A DNA stretch of 32,179 bases from Chlorokybus atmophyticus (taxonomy: Eukaryota > Plantae > Mesostigma and Chlorokybus algae), in NCBI GenBank assembly GCA_009103225.1, contig RHPI01001618.1:1-32179 (forward strand), in the 5' to 3' direction. Below are positions 1-8,318 of the stretch, piece by piece. The first letter of the stretch is position 1. Each line of letters begins with the position of its first letter. Under the pieces are notes generated by a model, which saw nothing but the letters and a program-made list of their open reading frames with translations, was not told the origin of the DNA and did no database searches. The position numbers were made by a program, and so were the translations under genes.

Positions 1-502
1 TCACCGACCAAGGTACTGAGTTCAGAGGGGAATTCGACACCCTTTTGGACAAATGTTACATCGACCACCGCCGTACCTCGCGTGATCACCCCCAAGCCGA
101 CGGCCTCGCCGAGCGGACGGTACAGACCATCAAGAAGGCACTCCGCAAATACGTGTTGGAGTACAAGAAGGACACTTGGGATGACCACCTACCATGGGTG
201 GCCCTTGGGTATCGGTTGTCAAAACAGGCAGCTCTGCGGGAGTACAGCCCGTACTACCTGTTGTTTGGGCGACCACCATTGCTCCCCTTCCGTGCGCAAC
301 AGGAGGTGGATCGCGTCGTGAACAACCTCGACGACCCTGACTGGATGCACCACGACATCACCACGCGCGCCGCACTTTTCGAGCGCACCGTCCCCATGGC
401 CTTCAACAATCTGCGCATCGCGCAGCATCGCGACACGCTGCGCTACGAGCGCGTACGTAGCGGCTTTTACAAGGAGCGCCAACGGCGATTCCAAGCGGGG
501 GA
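1..502 (+). mobile_element. Integrase-core fragment of the DNMT-Gypsy family, near-identical to 4549-5050
   Basis: Position 1 aligns to 4549 and 502 to 5050. I found one difference, g437 vs a4985 (synonymous Thr ACG/ACA). Encodes TDQG...ADGLAERTVQTIKK (integrase D and E). Ends at the N at 503. Confidence 0.95.
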
Positions 503-503
503 N
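503..503. other. Single N, probable contig join or gap
   Basis: An ambiguous base lies exactly where integrase sequence switches abruptly to mid-protease sequence. Confidence 0.75.
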
Positions 504-504
504 C

Positions 505-2262
505 TTCCTCGCGCGGTCCCTAGGCATAACCAGTTCCGACTTGGTGCCTTGCCCGTACGTGTTGGACACTGCCACAGGTAGCCGAGATAAGGTGATGGGA
601 GTCACCAGGGAGGCCTTTTGCATTCGGTTGACAGGGCTGGACCCAACCCACACGACCGAGATCGTCCAGCAATGCGTGGTCACCAATGCCGGCTCCTTCG
701 ACTTTCTGCTTGGGCAGGATTTCAACTTCCCTGTGGGCATGGGCCTCGACTGCTGGACAGAACGAGCGTGGTTTCGGCCACATTGGGATGAGGACGACGG
801 AGAGGTACAGGGCTTCCTGCCTCTCGAGTTGGTCTCGCGCACGCGCGCCCAACGCAAAATGGCTGCCATGGCCACACACAGACACGCCCGCACCCGGAAG
901 GCTGTAATGGCCATATACGACGGTGCTCGGACGCAAGTCGCTGCTGGTGCCACAACCCCGTGTCAAACCGGCGACCCCTCTCCCATCCCGTACAACGAGG
1001 AGCAGGAGGATGCCACCGTGGAAGTAGCATTACAAGACCCAGCTGAACGGCGCTGGCGCGCACAGGTGGACGCACACATCTTGCTCAGCCACCCACTGAT
1101 TACCACGCGCTTCCCCAACTACCGAAGCCACGTCAAGGTGCAGGACCACCATATGGTGGCCACCGGAGTGGTGGAATTCCACACCTTTCGCAGGCAACAG
1201 GGCATCACAGTGTTGGAGCTGTTTGGAGGCATTGGCAGTGGTCTTGCTGCAATCCTCAACACGGGCGTGAAGGTTACCAAATACTATTACTGCGACCCAG
1301 ACCCATACGCGCAAACGGGCCTCAAGCACCACCTACGCCAACTGCACACCAGGTACCCAAGGCAACTACCCCTCTCGGCGTTGCAAGGCAGCCTCAAAGC
1401 GTTGCCACAGGACATCCGGCTAATCACTGAAGATCACCTACTGTCCATCGGCAACGTCGACCTGTTAATAGCGAGATGGGAATGCCAAGGGCACTCCAGG
1501 GCAGGCAAGGGACAAGGCCTCGATAACCCTCGCTCCAGATTGTTCTGGGAGCTGATGAGGATCGTCCACCTCCTGCAACACCACCAGATCTCCAGACCTC
1601 TGGGGTACGTCATCGAAAATGTGCATTCAGAAGACGACAAGCGTCCGCACGTGGCCTCCAGCTACCGACAAGTTTGCTCCATTTTGGGGCACCCACTCAA
1701 GATGAACGCGGCACGACATGGCTCGCGCGCACATCGTGTACGTGCCAAATGGACGAACTTGGCCACCGTGGAGGAGCTCATGACCGCCGAATACACGCGC
1801 AGCGCCCGGCCGCGCAACCTGCTGGTCGACGACATCCTTGACCCCGGCCGCACAGCGCAACCTGTCCTGCATCATGACCACCACCACTTCTACCAGTGCA
1901 ATCAGCCTGGTCAGCCCCGTCGCGCACTCCCCACATTGGTGTCCTACCCGGGCTCCTACGCATTTCGGAACAATGGTGACGGGATGGTATTTGATGCGGC
2001 CACCAACACGCTGGAAGAACCCAACGCACGCGAACGTGAACGCGCCATGGGTTTCTTCCCCAACAGCATCACAGGTTCATCGCTGACGGACAATCAGCAA
2101 TGCCAGCTGCTTGGGCGCGCCATGGACCAGAACAGCATGGTATGGCTGCTGGAGCTGAGCTTCGCGTTGCAGGACCGCCACGTGTCCTTCGAGGATCTCG
2201 AACACTTGGGGCAGCTCACACAGCTCTCGAGGTGGTCCACATGGAGGAGCAAGCGGCAGTGA
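505..2262 (+). CDS. Pol N-terminal part: aspartic protease C-half, linker and C5 DNA cytosine methyltransferase. Frame is open from 505, so the 5' end is missing.
   Basis: The frame reads FLARSLGITSSDLVPCPY... from 505. FDFLLGQDF resembles the retropepsin C-terminal D-h-h-LG-x-DF motif. Methyltransferase motifs follow. Stop TGA at 2260-2262. Confidence 0.85.
   Translation, partial: FLARSLGITSSDLVPCPYVLDTATGSRDKVMGVTREAFCIRLTGLDPTHTTEIVQQCVVTNAGSFDFLLGQDFNFPVGMGLDCWTERAWFRPHWDEDDGEVQGFLPLELVSRTRAQRKMAAMATHRHARTRKAVMAIYDGARTQVAAGATTPCQTGDPSPIPYNEEQEDATVEVALQDPAERRWRAQVDAHILLSHPLITTRFPNYRSHVKVQDHHMVATGVVEFHTFRRQQGITVLELFGGIGSGLAAILNTGVKVTKYYYCDPDPYAQTGLKHHLRQLHTRYPRQLPLSALQGSLKALPQDIRLITEDHLLSIGNVDLLIARWECQGHSRAGKGQGLDNPRSRLFWELMRIVHLLQHHQISRPLGYVIENVHSEDDKRPHVASSYRQVCSILGHPLKMNAARHGSRAHRVRAKWTNLATVEELMTAEYTRSARPRNLLVDDILDPGRTAQPVLHHDHHHFYQCNQPGQPRRALPTLVSYPGSYAFRNNGDGMVFDAATNTLEEPNARERERAMGFFPNSITGSSLTDNQQCQLLGRAMDQNSMVWLLELSFALQDRHVSFEDLEHLGQLTQLSRWSTWRSKRQ
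1201..2160 (+). other. DNMT3-like C5 cytosine methyltransferase domain
   Basis: Motifs occur in canonical order: I VLELFGGIG (1210-1236), IV VDLLIARWECQ (Cys at 1483), VI VIENV (Glu at 1615), VIII AHRVRAKWTN (Arg at 1735 and 1741), IX ERERAMGF, X LLGRAM (2107-2124). AHRxRxxWxN and LLGR match DNMT3-type motifs as I recall them (AHRARYFWGN, LLGRSW). Confidence 0.9.
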
Positions 2263-5200
2263 CAGTGGAGGACATTCCTGTGGTTGCCAATGCAACCTCC
2301 TGGGACCATGCCATTGGCCCGGTGGCCACGGAAGACACTCGAGAGAAGCTGGAGGCTCTCCTCGATAAATGGAGGAGCCAATTCAGCTTCAATGTGAAGG
2401 AATTGGGTACATGTTCGGTGTACCAGATGAACATCGAGCTAGTGGACACTGAGCCGGTGTTCCGGCGACAATACAGGCTCTCCAAGTTGGAAGAAGACTT
2501 GGTGGAACAGAGATGTAAGGCACTGCTGGATGCAGGCCTTATCGAAGAGTCCACATCGGACTTCGCAGCAGCAACCGTCATGCCCCTGAAGAAGGATTCA
2601 GCGGGCAACTGGACAGAGCGACGCATGTGTGGCGACTACCGTCCCCTCAACAACAAGACTAAGCAAGACCGGTACCCCATGCCCACAGCAGAGGGTATTT
2701 TTGATGATGTAGGAGACTGCACAGTCTTCAGCATCCTGGACATGCGTCAGGGGTACAACCAGATCGCCATCAAGGACGAGGACAAACACAAGACCTCCTT
2801 CTGGGGCAACCGCCAGTTGTACCAATGGAAGGTAATGCCGTTCGGGCTGAAGAATGCCCCCGCCAAGTTTCAACGCGTCATGGACAAGGCCTTGAAGGGG
2901 TTGGACTGCGCGCGGTGCTACATCGATGACATCCTCATCTTCAGCCGCAGCAACGAGGAGCATCTTCAGCACATCGAAGCGGTGCTGGAACGACTCAAGG
3001 GAGTGGGGATGACCGTACACCCCGACAAGTGTACCTTCTTCACCCACAAGGTGCCGTACTTAGGGCACATGATTGTGCCTCATGGTGTGTATGTGCAGCA
3101 GGCAAAAGTAGAGGCTCTGGCAGCTATCCCTGCCCCGACCGACCTCACGCGCCTGCGCGCTTTCTTGGGGCTTGCCAACTATTATCGCCGATTCGTGAAG
3201 GACTTCGCGAAGATCGCAAGGCCCCTCAACGAGCTACTGAAAAAGGAGGTGGAGTTCGCGTGGAAGGAGCCGCAACAGCAGGCCTTCGAGGAGTTGAAGA
3301 GCAGACTCACCAGCGCTCCCATCCTTCAACGTCCGGACTACGCCAAGCCTTTCATCCTTCACACCGACTGGAGCAAGCTGGGGATGGGAGCGGTGCTGGT
3401 GCAGCACGATGAGCACAAGAAGGAGCGGGTGGTGGCATACGCCAGCCGAAGCAACAACAGCGCCGAGGCCAACTACAGCAGCTATGAAGGGGAATGCCTC
3501 GCTGCAGTGTGGGCCATCTCCTTCTTCCGACCTTTCCTTTTTGGTCGACAGTTCCAACTGATCACCGATCATCAGCCCCTCAAGTGGTTGATGACCAACC
3601 AACATCTGACAGGGAAACTTGCTCGATGGGCCCTGCTGTTACAAGAATACGACTTTGAGATTGACCACCGCGCTGGCCTCACCAACCAAGACGCCGATGG
3701 CCTCAGTCGCAACCCCCACCTCAGCACCAACGACGCAACTGGAGCGCGGCATGAGCTCATCCCAGCAGCAACAGTTCCCACCATGGCAACCATGTTCGCT
3801 GCTGCCGCGTTGCGCTCAGGGCGCAAGACCAACACCACAACCTCAGCAGTGGTAGAGGAGATTCCTGCCCTCGAGTCTACCGACCCTGCAACAATCACAC
3901 CCTTGGGAGACGCCCACGCCGCCGACGTTGACGTCGATGACACAGAGCCGGCGTCCACTGACACCAGGCAGGACATATGGCACGACAAGCCATCACTCTC
4001 CTTTCTTCAACGTGGCCATCTCCCCTCTGGCATGAGCGCTCGAGAGAAGGACCGGGTCAACCAACGCACCCGTCACTATCGCTGGGCAGGTGACAAGCTG
4101 TATCGCCGCTTCCACGGCGAAGACAAGGAAGTGCCGACACCAGTCACGCGCAAGGACATCATCGCTTCCCTCCACACTGAGCTTGGACACTTTGGTGTCA
4201 AGCGCACAGTCAGTCTAGTGAGAGCACAGTATTGGTGGTATGGATTAACAAAACAGGTGCAAAGGTTCGTCAGTCACTGCCAGCAGTGTGACATGGTGCG
4301 CGCCAGCCTCAACACGCGTAGCGCCACCTTGCACCCACTCCCCATCTCCGGTCTCTTTTACCGGTGGGGACTCGACATCTTGGGGGACTTGGCACCCTCA
4401 GCACGTGGCAACCGTTACATCCTGGTCATGATTGAGCACTGCTCCAAATGGGTGGAGCTGGTGCCATTACCCAACAAGAGCAGCAGGGGGGTGTCTCAAG
4501 CCTTCCTCTCTTACGTTCTCAGCCGCTTTGGCAGCTGCGCCGAGGTCATCACCGACCAAGGTACTGAGTTCAGAGGGGAATTCGACACCCTTTTGGACAA
4601 ATGTTACATCGACCACCGCCGTACCTCGCGTGATCACCCCCAAGCCGACGGCCTCGCCGAGCGGACGGTACAGACCATCAAGAAGGCACTCCGCAAATAC
4701 GTGTTGGAGTACAAGAAGGACACTTGGGATGACCACCTACCATGGGTGGCCCTTGGGTATCGGTTGTCAAAACAGGCAGCTCTGCGGGAGTACAGCCCGT
4801 ACTACCTGTTGTTTGGGCGACCACCATTGCTCCCCTTCCGTGCGCAACAGGAGGTGGATCGCGTCGTGAACAACCTCGACGACCCTGACTGGATGCACCA
4901 CGACATCACCACGCGCGCCGCACTTTTCGAGCGCACCGTCCCCATGGCCTTCAACAATCTGCGCATCGCGCAGCATCGCGACACACTGCGCTACGAGCGC
5001 GTACGTAGCGGCTTTTACAAGGAGCGCCAACGGCGATTCCAAGCGGGGGACCTTGCCTATCGCATGGCAGCCACCAAAGACACGCTTGACACCTCCGTAA
5101 GCCGCACCGTCTACAAGGTACTCAAAGTGTACCCCACAGGGGTGCTGGACCTCCTTGGTCAAAACGGAGAAAGGTTGAAGGACAACATGGTGAACTGTGC

Positions 5201-5435
5201 GCCATGTCACCTCCCTTACGTAGCTGGCTTCGGGCGTATCCAGCACCCTCGTCCTGCGCGCAGCACCCGCTGTGAACACTGCGGCAGCGCCGGCGACGAC
5301 GCACTTATGATGCTCTGCGATGGCTGCAACAAAGGCCTGCATTGCTACTGCCTGGAGCCACCTTTGGACACGATACCTATGGAAGAATATTGGTGCGACG
5401 ACTGCCGTACCAACGGCCCTCCTCACTTGCGCTAG
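2100..5435 (+). CDS. Pol C-terminal part: reverse transcriptase, RNase H, integrase, PHD finger
   Basis: RT: RMCGDYRPLN, LDMRQGYNQI, MPFGLKNAPAKFQ, YIDD (2919-2930). RNase H: HTDWS, YEGECLA, TDHQPL. Integrase: HHCC (LHTELGH...CQQC), DDE (GLDIL, TDQG, GLAER). Tandem TAG TAG stops at 5433-5438. The true start is probably a continuation from the upstream frame near 2208-2211, not the Met at 2100. Confidence 0.95.
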   Translation: MPAAWARHGPEQHGMAAGAELRVAGPPRVLRGSRTLGAAHTALEVVHMEEQAAVTVEDIPVVANATSWDHAIGPVATEDTREKLEALLDKWRSQFSFNVKELGTCSVYQMNIELVDTEPVFRRQYRLSKLEEDLVEQRCKALLDAGLIEESTSDFAAATVMPLKKDSAGNWTERRMCGDYRPLNNKTKQDRYPMPTAEGIFDDVGDCTVFSILDMRQGYNQIAIKDEDKHKTSFWGNRQLYQWKVMPFGLKNAPAKFQRVMDKALKGLDCARCYIDDILIFSRSNEEHLQHIEAVLERLKGVGMTVHPDKCTFFTHKVPYLGHMIVPHGVYVQQAKVEALAAIPAPTDLTRLRAFLGLANYYRRFVKDFAKIARPLNELLKKEVEFAWKEPQQQAFEELKSRLTSAPILQRPDYAKPFILHTDWSKLGMGAVLVQHDEHKKERVVAYASRSNNSAEANYSSYEGECLAAVWAISFFRPFLFGRQFQLITDHQPLKWLMTNQHLTGKLARWALLLQEYDFEIDHRAGLTNQDADGLSRNPHLSTNDATGARHELIPAATVPTMATMFAAAALRSGRKTNTTTSAVVEEIPALESTDPATITPLGDAHAADVDVDDTEPASTDTRQDIWHDKPSLSFLQRGHLPSGMSAREKDRVNQRTRHYRWAGDKLYRRFHGEDKEVPTPVTRKDIIASLHTELGHFGVKRTVSLVRAQYWWYGLTKQVQRFVSHCQQCDMVRASLNTRSATLHPLPISGLFYRWGLDILGDLAPSARGNRYILVMIEHCSKWVELVPLPNKSSRGVSQAFLSYVLSRFGSCAEVITDQGTEFRGEFDTLLDKCYIDHRRTSRDHPQADGLAERTVQTIKKALRKYVLEYKKDTWDDHLPWVALGYRLSKQAALREYSPYYLLFGRPPLLPFRAQQEVDRVVNNLDDPDWMHHDITTRAALFERTVPMAFNNLRIAQHRDTLRYERVRSGFYKERQRRFQAGDLAYRMAATKDTLDTSVSRTVYKVLKVYPTGVLDLLGQNGERLKDNMVNCAPCHLPYVAGFGRIQHPRPARSTRCEHCGSAGDDALMMLCDGCNKGLHCYCLEPPLDTIPMEEYWCDDCRTNGPPHLR
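5271..5405 (+). other. PHD zinc finger (C4HC3) at the integrase C-terminus
   Basis: CEHC-x11-CDGC-x4-HCYC-x14-CDDC, with the LxPPL...P...(Y/W)xC pattern typical of PHD fingers. Confidence 0.9.
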
Positions 5436-5472
5436 TAGCTGAGCTCTGGAGCTGGAACCTTCCCCAGAGCCC

Positions 5473-5480
5473 AGGGGGGG
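5473..5480 (+). promoter_or_regulatory. Polypurine tract (plus-strand primer)
   Basis: AGGGGGGG about 40 nt after the pol stop, directly followed by TG. Confidence 0.75.
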
Positions 5481-5722
5481 TGGCTTGTTGACTTTGTATG
5501 CTACAACACAACATGTTCTTAGGGAAAACACCGACTCCACCTGCCCGTACTACTCAGCAGCAGCACCCCAGCTGCACAAAGCACTTGTCACCATGAGGAG
5601 GGAGGTCATCTTTCTGTTCTTGCTACGCGTCACCCAGGTGGCGCAGCAGCATGTCCAGCACAATATGGCTGTCCATGCAGCTGTCCGAGACAGCGTGACC
5701 CTCGACTCTCCTCGACCCGACA
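5481..5722 (+). repeat. Putative 3' LTR, partial, cut off by the second pol copy
   Basis: Begins with TG immediately after the PPT (5481 TGGCT, or alternatively 5486 TGTTG). No partner LTR or right boundary is visible. Confidence 0.5.
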
Positions 5723-6901
5723 GATGACCGTACACCCCGACAAGTGTACCTTCTTCACCCACAAGGTGCCGTACTTAGGGCACATGATTGTGCCCCATGG
5801 TGTGTATGTGCAGCAAGCAAAAGTAGAGGCTCTGGCAGCTATCCCTGCCCCGACAGACCTCACACGCCTGCGCGCTTTCTTGGGACTTGCCAACTACTAT
5901 CGCCGGTTCGTGAAGGACTTCGCGAAGATCGCAAGGCCCCTCAACGAGCTATTGAAGAAAGAGGTGGAGTTCGCGTGGAAGGAGCCGCAACAGCAGGCCT
6001 TCGAGAAGCTGAAGAGCAGGCTCACCAGCGCTCCCATTCTTCAACGTCCGGAATACGCCAAGCCTTTCATCCTTCACACCGACTGGAGCAAGCTGGGGAT
6101 GGGAGCGGTGTTGGTGCAGCACGATGAGAACAAGAAGGAACGGGTGGTGTCATACGCCAGCCGAAGCAACAACAGCGCCGAGGCCAACTACAGCAGCTAC
6201 GAAGGGGAGTGCCTCGCTGCCGTGTGGGCCATCTCCTTCTTCCGACCTTTCCTCTTTGGTCGACAATTCCAACTGATCACCGATCATCAGCCCCTCAAGT
6301 GGCTGATGACCAACCAACATCTGACAGGGAAACTTGCTCGATGGGCCCTGCTATTACAGGAATACGACTTTGAGATTGACCACCGCGCTGGCCTCACCAA
6401 CCAAGACGCCGATGGCCTCAGTCGCAACCCTCACCTCAGCACCAACGACGCAACTGGAGCGCGGCATGAGCTCATCCCTGCAGCAACAGCTCCCACCATG
6501 GCATCCATGTTTGCTGCTGCCGCGTTGCGCCTCGGGGCGCAAGACCAACACCACGGCCTCAGTAGTGGTAGAGGAGATTCCTGCCCTCGAGTTTACCGAC
6601 CCCGCGGCAACCACACCCTTGGGAGACGCCCACGCAGCCGACATGGACGTCGATGACATAGAGCTGGCGCCCATCGACACCAGGCAGGACATATGGCATG
6701 ACAAGCCATCACTCTCCTTTCTTCAAAGTGGCCATCTGCCCTCCGGCATGAGCGCTCGAGAGAAGGACCGGGTCAACCAACGCACCCGTGACTATCGATG
6801 GGCAGGTGACAAGCTGTATCGCCGCTTCCACGACGAAGACAAGGAAATGCCGACACCAGTCATGCGCGAGGGCATCATCACTTCCCTCCACACTGAACTT
6901 G
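5723..6901 (+). pseudogene. Second, internal fragment of the same Gypsy family (RT C-terminus, RNase H, linker, start of integrase)
   Basis: Colinear with 3008-4185. An extra C at 6530/6531 (cgc-c-tcg-ggg vs cgc-tca-ggg) frameshifts it. Truncated at both ends. Confidence 0.93.
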
Positions 6902-7044
6902 CAATAACCATCACTTCTGATTGTGAAAAACTTCAATTTGAATGGAGTTGAATGACAAGTGTCCGAGATGTTGTTGTTCATGTCACCAAGGCTAGTCGTT
7001 AACCGTTAACGTTGAGCTTGTGCATCACCAGTAAGTAAGCTACT

Positions 7045-7045
<1 letters not shown>

Positions 7046-7106
<61 letters not shown>

Positions 7107-7107
7107 N
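7046..7107. repeat. Poly-C run (61 nt) ending in an N
   Basis: C from 7046 to 7106 and N at 7107, directly read. Probably a contig end. Confidence 0.85.
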
Positions 7108-7487
7108 GGGGCCACCGCATACACCCCGCTAACACGCAGCCAGCTGGCTGGGGACGCGGCTGCTGACCGCGGTTGCGTCCCCTCCTCGTCAGCGATTGAA
7201 ATCGGTGCGACCCGAGGCGATTTCCGCGCTTGCCGTATCTGGAGAACATTCCGATATCCAAGTGGCTTCCTCCGATATTCTTGCGCTCAAAACCCTAGCT
7301 GTGTGCCTCGGCCATAGCTGTTCTTATCGCCGCCGCCGTTGACGTTGCTCGCATCGTAGTTGTTCCCGTCGTCGGTGTCGTCTGCGTCGTGTGCATCGCT
7401 TAGTTGGAAGCGCCAGGCACCCTCTTGCCCCGCTCGCCCCCTTGCCAGCCGTTGCTTCAGCGGCGAGCATTTCCACAGCCCGCTTCT

Positions 7488-8318
7488 ATGACCGATCTTG
7501 AAGTTCAGAGCTTTGGCGGCTTTGGTAAGGGTTTGGTCTTTCGCGGCTTGTGGATGCTTGTGGATGGTGCGACCTGCTTTATGTGCTTGTGCGGCAGGCT
7601 GTATAGTTGATTCAGTCCGTCAAGGGCGCCAAGTTTGTCGGTCTGGGCTTGGCTAGCAGCTACCGAGAATTTTTAAGAGTTTCCAAGAGATTTCGCTTTG
7701 TGCGTCACACCTTCCTGCAATTAGCTAGCTTGGTGGACACTTGTCACTCGTAACCCACGTAGAGTATGCAGGCTAGAGGTCAGTCAATAGCTTTTATGAT
7801 TGCAGCGGCTGAGCAGGCTCAGCCGCTGCCGGGCTCTTGCTGATTGTTGAGGGGCTTGTCGCACTGCAAGTTATATTTCTGACTGGACAAACTGTCTGCA
7901 GATCCCTTCGCGGACGCTGAATCGGAGGACTCTGCCTCCAAGAACTACGTCCATGTCCGTGTGCAGCAGCGCAACGGCCGCAAATCGCTGACAACTGTCC
8001 AGGGCCTGCAACAGGGCTTCGACTACAAGAAGGTCTTGAAGGCTTTCAAGAAGGTCAGCCCCCGTTTCCGCATGACAATGTTGCCTAATGCACTGGATTG
8101 TTTGCAATCCGGCCGTTGTTAGACTCATTTTGGCCAACTTGGGCTAACTTGGGCATGCTGTTATTGAGCAGGAGTTCTGCTGCAACGGCACCGTCGTTGA
8201 GGACCCCGAGCTTGGGCAAGTCATTCAGCTTCAGGGCGATCAGCGCAAGAATGTGTCGCAGTTCCTGGTGCAGGAGGGGATTGTGAAGAAGGAGGTGATC
8301 AAGATCCATGGCTTCTGA
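7488..8318 (+). CDS. eIF1: Eukaryotic translation initiation factor 1 (SUI1), 111 aa. Exons 7488-7524, 7902-8053, 8172-8318.
   Basis: Spliced product MTDLEVQSFGGF-DPFADAE...YVHVRVQQRNGRKSLTTVQGL...VLKAFKK-EFCCNGTVVEDPELGQVIQLQGDQRKNV...IKIHGF*. Both introns are GT-AG and the phases join in frame. Confidence 0.97.

Larger units (their letters stand above)
504..5722 (+). mobile_element. Ty3/Gypsy LTR retrotransposon, 5'-truncated by the N: PR(C-half)-DNMT-RT-RNaseH-INT-PHD-PPT-3'LTR
   Basis: Domain order RT-RH-INT is the Ty3/Gypsy order. A purine tract follows the pol stop. Gag and the protease catalytic Asp are absent because of the break at 503. Confidence 0.95.

Noticed and set aside
2100-2102. 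Met at 2100 as an independent start of the RT ORF
   Set aside because: The first ~36 codons overlap DNMT motif X in the other frame and look non-coding. A frame change near 2208-2211 explains the data better.
5443-5470. 7-bp stem (GCTCTGG/CCAGAGC) just before the PPT
   Set aside because: Too short to distinguish from chance without other copies.
4767-5540. 257-aa minus-strand ORF (also 219-953, 2598-3047, 3572-3988)
   Set aside because: Antisense shadows of GC-rich pol codons with no recognisable motifs.
6956-6965. AAGTGTCCGA matching the DNA-transposon subterminal motif
   Set aside because: Only 10 nt, with no adjacent GGGTAAGG terminus. Within chance for 32 kb.
7046-7107. Poly-C as a functional G-quadruplex or telomere-like element
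   Set aside because: It ends in an N, so its length and even its existence are unreliable. More likely a sequencing or assembly artefact.
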